DNA of 37,140 nt from positions 1 to 37,140 of the IMG/VR virus record IMGVR_UViG_3300035670_000672; one strand, 5' to 3'. The position numbers were made by a program, and so were the translations under genes. This DNA is from a virus. Taxonomy: Duplodnaviria > Caudoviricetes. Shown here piece after piece: positions 1-6,007 of the stretch (position 1 is the first letter of the stretch; each line of letters opens with the position of its first letter). The notes beneath the pieces were generated by a model. The model worked only from the letters and a program-made list of their open reading frames with translations, was not told where the DNA came from and did no database searches.

Positions 1-1518
1 TGGGACAAGGTATCTCATGCTAAAGCCTTGGAGATGGAGAAGGCTGGCATTGACCCGCGCAAGGTATGGAGTGAGACAGGTAACTGGAAAGCGCCAGATG
101 GTATGTGGCGCCAGGAGATACCGGATAACGCAGCTGCTTTGCATCCAATACTAGAAAGCGGCGACATAACGCGATGGGATAGCACGGATGGCATATCTGC
201 ACTTGGAAAAGACGGACTGATGCAGCATGGTTTTCTTGAAGGCGCATATCCTGAACTGTCAAACATCAACACTGTTGGACGCGTTCAAACTGAATTGGGC
301 GGTTTTCTTGATGCCATAAGTGGAAACTCTATTCCTTCGTCTACATATGGCGGATATGACGAAGTAAATAATTTACTTGCCCTTACTTCTCCGCTTAATA
401 AGGCCAAATCCACCACGCTCCACGAACTGCAACACGCTATCCAGCAAAGAGAGGGATTCGCTAGAGGTGGAAGTGCTGAACAGATGCAAAAAGAATTTGA
501 GAGCGCAAAGTCTCTAAACGATCATTTTTCAATGGCTAATGCAATAGCTACGTCAGCAGAAAAAGATTTCGGTGGAAATCTTGATAAAGCCTTGGAATGG
601 TTTATTGAAATGGGGTTTGGCGCTGATAAATCTCACATTGACACCATAATGACAAACGGGCAAAAGCGTGTAGCAAATTTGGCTGATAAATATGCGCAGA
701 AAGCAAAAGATTTAGGTGTAAACAACCAATACGCAAGCGGTTATGACCTATACAAGCGCCTAGCCGGAGAAGCCGAAGCACGCGCTACGCAAGCCCGTAT
801 GAACATGGATATGCCGCAACGCCTACAGACCTATCCAGCAGACTCATACGATGTACCGCTAGACCAGTTAATAGTCAGGTATGACAACGGGCCAGCAATG
901 AGCGCAGGAAGGCCCGTCAACCATCTAGGCCAAGAAATCCCCCCCACACAGTACGAACTAGCCCACGCAGAGGCGCAGCGGGTTGCAGCGTTGCCGATAG
1001 AAGAAGGCGGGTTAGGTTTGCCGGTGAACAATACGGCGATGGATAGGGCGCGTGCTATGGGGTTTGACGGTGAAGATGTGTATCACGCGACAACAAAAAC
1101 ATTTGACGAGTTCAGGCCAAGTACATCGGGCATGTTCGGGCATGGTGTGTATTTTGCAGATAACCCAAGATATGCAGAAGAATATTTACGCGGCGGCCCA
1201 CCATCGATAATCCCAGCAAAAATAAGAGGAAATCTTGTTGAGCCGAAGAAATACCACGAGGCTATAAACGTATTTCATGAAGCAAAAAAACAAGGAGACG
1301 TATTTGAAAGCATCAAAAACAGCGGGATTGACGGCGTTGATTACAAAAACAATGAATTGGTAGTTTATGACCCAAAAAACATCCGCTCCCGCTTCGCCGC
1401 CTTCAATCCCGCTAACCGCGACAGTGCCGACCTACTAGCAGGCCACCTTCTACCGTTACTTGGTACTGGCGCACTAGGCTACGGATTGCTTGGTAGCGAA
1501 GAAAGTTATGCACGTTGA
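1..1518 (+). CDS. Polyvalent-type protein, 5'-truncated by the window: LPD23-like zincin metallopeptidase fused to a C-terminal ADP-ribosyltransferase (ART-PolyVal-like); probable virion/ejected protein
   Basis: Frame is open from base 1 (WDKVSHAKALEMEKAG). LPD23-like motifs: VWSETGNWKAPDGMWRQEIPD, TLHELQHAIQQREGF (HExxH) and YKRLAGEAEARATQAR. ART motifs: VYHAT, GHGVYFAD and GIDGV..NELVVYDPKNIRS. Confidence 0.8.
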   Translation, partial: WDKVSHAKALEMEKAGIDPRKVWSETGNWKAPDGMWRQEIPDNAAALHPILESGDITRWDSTDGISALGKDGLMQHGFLEGAYPELSNINTVGRVQTELGGFLDAISGNSIPSSTYGGYDEVNNLLALTSPLNKAKSTTLHELQHAIQQREGFARGGSAEQMQKEFESAKSLNDHFSMANAIATSAEKDFGGNLDKALEWFIEMGFGADKSHIDTIMTNGQKRVANLADKYAQKAKDLGVNNQYASGYDLYKRLAGEAEARATQARMNMDMPQRLQTYPADSYDVPLDQLIVRYDNGPAMSAGRPVNHLGQEIPPTQYELAHAEAQRVAALPIEEGGLGLPVNNTAMDRARAMGFDGEDVYHATTKTFDEFRPSTSGMFGHGVYFADNPRYAEEYLRGGPPSIIPAKIRGNLVEPKKYHEAINVFHEAKKQGDVFESIKNSGIDGVDYKNNELVVYDPKNIRSRFAAFNPANRDSADLLAGHLLPLLGTGALGYGLLGSEESYAR

Positions 1519-1600
1519 TTTACAATAACAACACCAGTCACGCCTAGAATGTGGTGGCACACCGTATGCTGGCTCGAAAGGGCGAAGCGCACCAGACTGG

Positions 1601-1801
1601 TTACTTACAATGTTGGACTTTTTGTTGGACTACCCTGCCAAGCCTAGTGTTTACTGAGTAGTCCGATTCCTTCCATTGGTCATGGATGCGTTGTGCCTCG
1701 GCTTTGTCGGAAGTCCCAGTGCTTCGCATAATGCGCCGCTGGCCTTTGACCGAGATACTGGCTTGCCAGTAGGGGGATTTCTTGTCTTTGTAGAGTGACA
1801 T
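1601..1801 (-). pseudogene. int: N-terminal arm-binding fragment of a phage tyrosine integrase (66 aa, no catalytic domain)
   Basis: MSLYKDKKSPYWQASISVKGQRRIMRSTGTSDKAEAQRIHDQWK is a typical integrase N-terminus and overlaps the 3' end of xis in the usual arrangement. It stops about 20 codons later, and no R-H-R-Y catalytic domain is visible in the window. Confidence 0.75.
1611..1666. repeat. Putative integrase arm-type sites (attP remnant)
   Basis: Direct repeat TGTTGGACT at 1611-1619 and 1623-1631, plus an inverted near-copy GTAGTCCGA at 1658-1666. They sit where attP is expected, between the late-operon end and int. Confidence 0.45.
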
Positions 1802-1962
1802 GCGTACTGACTTCTTAACCAATCCATGATGTCAGTATCTATAAAAACCCAAGCCTTGCCTACCTTGGCGGCTGGAATTTCTCCACCAGAGGCTAGTTTG
1901 TAGATGGTGTCAACGCTGCAACGTAGCAGCGCAGCAACCTGTTCAACGCCCAGAAACGTCAT
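1651..1962 (-). CDS. xis: Excisionase-like HTH protein (HTH_17 type)
   Basis: MTFLGVEQVAALLRCSVDTIYKLASGGEIPAAKVGKAWVF..DIMDWL; directly upstream of and overlapping the int fragment. Confidence 0.85.
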   Translation of the reverse strand: MTFLGVEQVAALLRCSVDTIYKLASGGEIPAAKVGKAWVFIDTDIMDWLRSQYACHSTKTRNPPTGKPVSRSKASGALCEALGLPTKPRHNASMTNGRNRTTQ

Positions 1963-2104
1963 TGTGTGCAAGGCATACCGTATGGCCGCGATCAGTTTGG
2001 CAATCAATCTGGAACACGTTTACCGGCTTTTCCCAGTGATGGACAATACCGGCGATGATGGCCGCGCCTACGAAAATCTCGAAGGCTATGAGAAGTTTGG
2101 TCAC
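1943..2104 (-). CDS. Small membrane-anchored hypothetical protein
   Basis: GTG start overlaps the upstream stop (GTGA); N-terminal hydrophobic stretch LLIAFEIFVGAAIIAGIV. Confidence 0.55.
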   Translation of the reverse strand: MTKLLIAFEIFVGAAIIAGIVHHWEKPVNVFQIDCQTDRGHTVCLAHNDVSGR

Positions 2105-2292
2105 TTCGAGTCCTCCGGTTGGAACATCATGTCCAGACCCTTTTGGATAGCTGCACTGATCTTGGGCCAACTATCTCTAGCAACTACTGCGGTGATGGTT
2201 AGTTCTGCCACATCTTCATCAAACATCTTTAACTTGAACACACCATCCTCACCTTCGTCGTAAGCCTCAATCTCTGTCGGGTATAGTTTCAT
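2101..2292 (-). CDS. Small acidic hypothetical protein
   Basis: 63-aa ORF with SD AAGGA and an ATGA overlap with the upstream gene; fits the operon tiling. Confidence 0.7.
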   Translation of the reverse strand: MKLYPTEIEAYDEGEDGVFKLKMFDEDVAELTITAVVARDSWPKISAAIQKGLDMMFQPEDSK

Positions 2293-2444
2293 TTCCTTTT
2301 CCCCAGAATCTCTCGGCGAATTTCGCCGATCATATTGTCCAGCCGGTCTAACAGGTATTCCGGCATTCGATTACCGGTGGCATAACTCCATGATTCAAGC
2401 GCCGAGAGCAACATCATGATTTCGATTAGTTCTTCTTTAGTCAC
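2289..2444 (-). CDS. Small hypothetical phage protein (51 aa, below ORF-track cutoff)
   Basis: GTG start after AAGGA; MTKEELIEIMMLLSALESWSYATGNRMPEYLLDRLDNMIGEIRREILGKRK; fills the gap exactly. Confidence 0.7.
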   Translation of the reverse strand: MTKEELIEIMMLLSALESWSYATGNRMPEYLLDRLDNMIGEIRREILGKRK

Positions 2445-2447
2445 CGT

Positions 2448-2858
2448 TTAATCCTTTCCAAATCCAGAAACATAAGGTTCGCCCATAGCTTCGCGCCACT
2501 TGTGGTCGGCTTCGTGGTAATCCGATAGCAGTGTTACCGCTTCAGCCCAATAAGGGTCTTGCTTGTTTGACAACACCATACACTCCATCAGCACGGCAAA
2601 GCGATGACAGAATTCAAGGGCTGGGTCGGATTCGATTTCTTTAATTCGTTCGGCCCGGATACGTGCAAGCGCGTTCGCTTCGCCGAGTAAGTCATACAAC
2701 CATCCAAGCTCGGAGTTCAACGCTTCGCGTTCTTCATATAGTTGATACTCGGTAAACAGTTTGGTTCTATTTGGTAATACTTTATAAAAGAGTGTTCCGT
2801 CAGCGTAATAGATTCCTACTGGTTTCACATCACGCAGGTATTCAGTGATGTCAGTCAC
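2448..2858 (-). CDS. Hypothetical phage protein
   Basis: 136-aa ORF with GTG start in a tightly packed leftward operon. Confidence 0.7.
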   Translation of the reverse strand: MTDITEYLRDVKPVGIYYADGTLFYKVLPNRTKLFTEYQLYEEREALNSELGWLYDLLGEANALARIRAERIKEIESDPALEFCHRFAVLMECMVLSNKQDPYWAEAVTLLSDYHEADHKWREAMGEPYVSGFGKD

Positions 2859-2859
2859 C

Positions 2860-2946
2860 TCACATTCCTTTCAATAAAACAATATTGAGAATGATCGACG
2901 CAATGCTGATTATGATTGCCGCCACACTCATAATGATCTCTAGCAT
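2860..2946 (-). CDS. 28-aa single-pass membrane peptide
   Basis: MLEIIMSVAAIIISIASIILNIVLLKGM; fills the gap between neighbours with 1-bp spacings. Confidence 0.55.
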   Translation of the reverse strand: MLEIIMSVAAIIISIASIILNIVLLKGM

Positions 2947-2947
2947 T

Positions 2948-3181
2948 TCAAATCCCCATATCCAATAACTTACGTTTACCTTGATCCAGTACCATGTATG
3001 TTTGACCAGCACTTAGGTTTCCACCAAAACAAAATACTTCTACGTGGCCACCAGCGTAGTATTCAACGCATGCGACCATTAATGGCTTCTCTCCGCCTTC
3101 AATTTCATCAGCACGCTCGCGCAGCATCCTTGGGATGTTCACACAGGGCGGTTCAAAGTTCACTTCAGTTACGTTGGTCAT
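2948..3181 (-). CDS. Hypothetical phage protein
   Basis: 77 aa; SD GAGGAG; ATGA overlap with the upstream gene. Confidence 0.7.
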   Translation of the reverse strand: MTNVTEVNFEPPCVNIPRMLRERADEIEGGEKPLMVACVEYYAGGHVEVFCFGGNLSAGQTYMVLDQGKRKLLDMGI

Positions 3182-3402
3182 TTCAACTCCTCTTCAAGGC
3201 GTTTGTACGCCATCTCGCTGTGGTGTCTCCCCTTCACAGCGATAAGATTCTTGGCAGCAGCCTCAATCCTGCACAGACGTTCGACTTCATCTGCTAATTT
3301 CCATTGGAAAGTCTCTTCTTTCGTGCTCTCGTCATACTCATCAGCAAACGCCTCTGCGTCTGCCCGTAGAGTTTCGATTAATCCTTGCATGTCAGTCGTC
3401 AT
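3178..3402 (-). CDS. Hypothetical phage protein
   Basis: Start moved to MTTDMQGLIE (SD GGAG upstream); 74 aa, helical. Confidence 0.7.
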   Translation of the reverse strand: MTTDMQGLIETLRADAEAFADEYDESTKEETFQWKLADEVERLCRIEAAAKNLIAVKGRHHSEMAYKRLEEELK

Positions 3403-3556
3403 ATTCGACACTTGTTTCTCCAATGTACTGTGCGGTAAGCCAGCACGATACGAAAAATGCAATCTCAGCAAACCAACGTAAACTGAAAAGTTCTCCTGTT
3501 TGTATTAATGCTCCGTACACAAAACTGAATCCAAAAGGTAATAGCATTTTAGTCAT
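3392..3556 (-). CDS. Small two-helix membrane protein (54 aa)
   Basis: MTKMLLPFGFSFVYGALIQTGELFSLRWFAEIAFFVSCWLTAQYIG; fills the operon gap. Confidence 0.55.
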   Translation of the reverse strand: MTKMLLPFGFSFVYGALIQTGELFSLRWFAEIAFFVSCWLTAQYIGETSVEYDD

Positions 3557-3557
3557 T

Positions 3558-3812
3558 TCATTCACCTGTTATTCCAGCCGCATAAATAGTGGCCATCGTT
3601 CTAGCTACTGCAAGTTGACTCTTAGCGTAGTTGACATCTCTGGTACTCAGGGCGTGGTTGGGAACCTCGATTTCAACTGTCGTCCGCTTGTGTCCGTTTT
3701 TGCACTTGCAGTAACGCTTTGTGCCGTACTCACCACGCTCTGTTGTGGTAACGAGTTCAACAGCACCGCAAGTTGGGCACAGCCTCTTGCTTGTACTACC
3801 TTTTGTTCTCAT
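3558..3812 (-). CDS. Zinc-ribbon protein (NrdR-N-terminus/Ogr-like), possible regulator
   Basis: CPTCGA...TKRYCKCKNGHKRTTVEI resembles the CxxC...RRRxCxxxHRFTTxE pattern. Confidence 0.65.
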   Translation of the reverse strand: MRTKGSTSKRLCPTCGAVELVTTTERGEYGTKRYCKCKNGHKRTTVEIEVPNHALSTRDVNYAKSQLAVARTMATIYAAGITGE

Positions 3813-3828
3813 AGGTGTCTTTCTGCCT

Positions 3829-4188
3829 TCATTTGGTGTTATGCACCTTGGCCGGTGTATAACTTGCGTTGGGCGTCTTTCGTGCCGTCCTGCCAGCGCC
3901 GACTTTTTGCGTCAGCTTCTGGTTTTCTGCTAGCGTCACCCAGTCCGGGTCTTCGCGCCAGTTCTCAGGCATCACCGAGAGCACATCAAGCCGCAGTTTG
4001 TGCAGTTTCATCCGCCACTTCCGTGCATCGCGTTCAAGCTGTCGCGCCAACGGAGCAAGCTCCATGTGCACCGCTTCGTAATATTCCGCTTGTTCGGTGC
4101 GTCCGGTTCCGGGGTGCTCTGCCATCGTCAAGGCAATCAGGCAATCAACCTGCGGCGTCGCGTCGTCTGGAAGCATGTCAAACCTCAA
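3829..4188 (-). CDS. Hypothetical protein, cargo of cassette A; C-terminus reads into the neighbouring attC arm
   Basis: 119 aa ending KTPNASYTPAKVHNTK; the Asn codon is the complement of the GTT at 3868-3870. Confidence 0.7.
   Translation of the reverse strand: MRFDMLPDDATPQVDCLIALTMAEHPGTGRTEQAEYYEAVHMELAPLARQLERDARKWRMKLHKLRLDVLSVMPENWREDPDWVTLAENQKLTQKVGAGRTARKTPNASYTPAKVHNTK
3838..3875 (+). mobile_element. Degenerate attC-like half site (R' present, R'' absent); left boundary of the cassette array
   Basis: Hairpin GTTATGCACC-TTGGCC-GGTGTATAAC, then TTGC-GTTGGGCG. GTTGGGCG (3868-3875) is the exact complement of CGCCCAAC (4422-4429). Confidence 0.6.
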
Positions 4189-4402
4189 CGCCGTGGTTCT
4201 TCGCGCTGCCTTCGTCGCGTTCTTCGGCCTGCTGCCGAATCCTGTTGTACTCTGGCAGCAGGTGCATGGCGTCCGCTTCGTGGTGCATCACCCACACGAT
4301 CATTTGGTTCAGTTCCAGCGGCAGTTCTTCGGTCGTCATTTCCAACCTGCTTCCGGTGGTGCATTTAGCGCTGTATTTGGCCTTCACGGTTTCCATCGTC
4401 AT
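4178..4402 (-). CDS. Hypothetical protein, cargo of cassette A
   Basis: 74 aa; SD AAGGA between the attC R'' and the ATG. Confidence 0.65.
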   Translation of the reverse strand: MTMETVKAKYSAKCTTGSRLEMTTEELPLELNQMIVWVMHHEADAMHLLPEYNRIRQQAEERDEGSAKNHGVEV

Positions 4403-4422
4403 CTTCCTTTCCGGGCGCAGCC

Positions 4423-4488
4423 GCCCAACAAATCATTCAACGCGGACTGGCCGAAAAGCCGGCCAGCCGGTTAATTCAAGCGTTAGCG
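4423..4488 (+). mobile_element. Complete attC recombination site (66 bp)
   Basis: GCCCAAC-AAATC-ATT[C]AAC-[G]CGG-[A]CTGGCCG-aaaagc-CGGCCAG-CCG-GTTAAT-TCAAGC-GTTAGCG. It has R''/L''/L'/R' boxes, a 5/6-nt unpaired spacer and three extrahelical bases. The ATTCAA...TTAATTCAAGCGTTAG arms resemble aadA-type attC. Confidence 0.9.
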
Positions 4489-4489
4489 G

Positions 4490-4780
4490 TCATCTACGCC
4501 CACCACTGCCAGCAGCCATGCCCATGCCCATCGCTGTACCAGCCGCAACACCTAGCGCAATATCTCCGCTGTCGGTGTTGGGTCGTGTCTGTCCGGGGAG
4601 CATGTATTCTTCGCGCAGAGCCTGCCATTCTGCTGGCGTAATCTCATGCCCTGGGTGCGTCTTCATCCACGCGCCATACAGCATTGCCGTTTTCTCGGGC
4701 TTCTCGCCGCACCCCGCTAACACGGTGGTCAACAAGGACGCGCCGATAAGCGCCATTCGTTTGGTCTTGCTGGTATTCAT
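4490..4780 (-). CDS. Small lipoprotein, cargo of cassette B
   Basis: MNTSKTKR (basic) + MALIGASLLTTV + lipobox LAG-C; SD GGAG at 4788-4791; Gly/Ala/Met-rich C-terminus. Confidence 0.8.
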   Translation of the reverse strand: MNTSKTKRMALIGASLLTTVLAGCGEKPEKTAMLYGAWMKTHPGHEITPAEWQALREEYMLPGQTRPNTDSGDIALGVAAGTAMGMGMAAGSGGRR

Positions 4781-4837
4781 TCGTTTTCTCCAGTTGTGGC
4801 GTCCGTTGTCGGCGCGCCTGTTACCGTAGCGTTAGCA
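4715..4837 (+). mobile_element. Complete long attC site (123 bp, VCR-like architecture) overlapping the 5' end of the lipoprotein gene
   Basis: CGCTAAC-ACGGT-GGT[C]AAC-[A]AGG-[A]CGCGCCGATAA-GCGCCA...loop...TGGCGT-ccg-TTGTCGGCGCG-CCT-GTTACC-GTAGC-GTTAGCA. CCGCTAAC (4714-4721) is the exact complement of GTTAGCGG (4482-4489). Confidence 0.88.
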
Positions 4838-4838
4838 G

Positions 4839-5582
4839 TCATGTCCCGCACCCGAACAACCCGGAGCAGGATTCCTCTTCTTCCTCAAAATCGCCACGGT
4901 CGCGGCCATCCTTGGCCCACGTCATTACGCCGTGAATCCCAAGCGCGCCAAACCGTTTTGCCCGGAACATCGGGCGCGCAATCTCAACTTCCAAGTCATT
5001 CACCCGTTCAACCTCTCCTGGCGTCAGCCGCAGGAAGTCTCCACGGTTCGCATTAACGCAAGGGCTACATTCCTTGCTTCGGTGCGGCAGCTTCTCAATC
5101 CCGGCCCGTTGCAGCAGTGCATCGCGCTCGGCTTCGGTGTGCAGGTAAAGCGGGTGCCAGAGCGTGCGCCCACCGTGGCATTCCGAGTCCTTCACAAATT
5201 CCGGCGTGTCCTTCCGCGCTTTGCTTTCCTCTCGGCGCTTTCCCACCATCACCACGGCTTTGCATTCCGGGTCTGCCTCGTCCAGCCATTGCAGGAACGG
5301 AACACCCTTCAAGTGCATGGTGCAAAACTGCTGCTTGCCGTTGCCGGGAAATCCGCGCTTCATCCGCACCAGTTCGGCCATGCCCATGCTTTTTATCTGC
5401 ACCACTTCAAACCCCATCGCCTTTGCCGCCGTCTCGCCAGCGCCGACTTTTTGCCACCATCCCGGCGAGGCCCATCCGGTGTCGCAGTAGGCCACCACAA
5501 CATTCTTTAGCCCGCGCTCGTAGGCCCATCGAATCATCGCCATCGAGTCGTTGCCGTAGCTTGCCGAAATCACGTAGTCCAT
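4839..5582 (-). CDS. PAPS reductase family (PP-loop, CysH/DndC-like) protein, cargo of cassette C
   Basis: SASYGNDS PP-loop, YCDTGW, FP...FCTMHLKGVP, GKRREESKAR, WHPL, ECSPCV and a C-terminal Cys pair. Confidence 0.85.
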   Translation of the reverse strand: MDYVISASYGNDSMAMIRWAYERGLKNVVVAYCDTGWASPGWWQKVGAGETAAKAMGFEVVQIKSMGMAELVRMKRGFPGNGKQQFCTMHLKGVPFLQWLDEADPECKAVVMVGKRREESKARKDTPEFVKDSECHGGRTLWHPLYLHTEAERDALLQRAGIEKLPHRSKECSPCVNANRGDFLRLTPGEVERVNDLEVEIARPMFRAKRFGALGIHGVMTWAKDGRDRGDFEEEEESCSGLFGCGT

Positions 5583-5782
5583 TTCTCTATCTCCAAAAAT
5601 ATCCCGCCCGGCGCGTAAAGCGCCTCAAACTCTCCGTCCCACGCCACGAAAGAGCGCGTCCCGTCGTGCATCGCCCAATGTTTGCCGCACCGAGTGCAAC
5701 CAACCTTTCGCGCTCCGTGGTTCAGCACACGCTCAACAATGTAACGGTGGCCGAATACAGCACAAATCATCCGTTCGAGCAT
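5570..5782 (-). CDS. Small zinc-binding prophage protein (DUF1660-like), cargo of cassette C
   Basis: ICAVFGHRY...CTRCGK motif; SD GAGGAGG. Confidence 0.65.
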   Translation of the reverse strand: MLERMICAVFGHRYIVERVLNHGARKVGCTRCGKHWAMHDGTRSFVAWDGEFEALYAPGGIFLEIEKWTT

Positions 5783-5797
5783 CTATCAACCCTCCTC

Positions 5798-5826
5798 GCC
5801 TAACACGGCATTCGAGCGGGACGGCT
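5798..5826 (+). mobile_element. attC left half-site (R''-L'' only); right boundary of the array
   Basis: GCCTAAC-ACGGC-ATT[C]GAG-[C]GGG-[A]CGGC has the same spacing as the two complete sites; I found no matching L'-R' arm downstream. Confidence 0.7.
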
Positions 5827-5836
5827 AGCTTCTCTG

Positions 5837-6007
5837 TCATTCCAGCTCCTGTTGTTTCTCTTCGTTACCAGCCTTCTGAGCCTCAATCCCTGCGGCGTAT
5901 CCAGCTAGGAAGCTGGTCCAGACCGCCTTAGTAAATGCGGCGTCGAGGCTGCCGGTCTTGGCCAGCTTCTCTTGGAAGGCTTGTCGGACTATCTCGACGC
6001 CGATCAT
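5837..6007 (-). CDS. Small hypothetical protein (56 aa)
   Basis: MIGVEIVRQAFQEKLAKTGSLDAAFTKAVWTSFLAGYAAG; SD AGGAG; ATGA overlaps at both ends. Confidence 0.65.
   Translation of the reverse strand: MIGVEIVRQAFQEKLAKTGSLDAAFTKAVWTSFLAGYAAGIEAQKAGNEEKQQELE

Larger units (their letters stand above)
3869..5826 (+). mobile_element. Integrase-less array of three integron-type gene cassettes (CALIN-like) with antisense cargo: A 3869-4482, B 4483-4831, C 4832-~5826
   Basis: attC sites at gene boundaries, R'/R'' complementarity across cassettes A and B, and higher GC than the flank (62% in line 4861-4920 vs 45% in line 3421-3480, hand counts). Confidence 0.85.

Noticed and set aside
1658-1675. GTCCGATTCC as a tRNA T-arm-like attP core
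   Set aside because: Mismatch to GTTCGA, no T-stem or acceptor stem, and it is explained by integrase codons.
1601-1801. Integrase fragment as the IntI for the attC array
   Set aside because: It is a lambdoid arm-binding N-terminus overlapping xis, with no catalytic domain or IntI-specific insertion.
2346-2390. GTCTAAC as a possible further attC R'' box
   Set aside because: No complementary L'/R' arm or GTT at the right spacing; lies inside a coding gene.
3423-4829. 468-aa plus-strand ORF covering cassettes A and B in the canonical cassette direction
   Set aside because: No recognisable domain or SD, Ser/Cys/Ala-rich composition, crosses attC sites, and lies antisense to five well-formed coupled genes. 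Its length is surprising, so a stop-conservation check in relatives is cheap, but I treat it as a shadow ORF.
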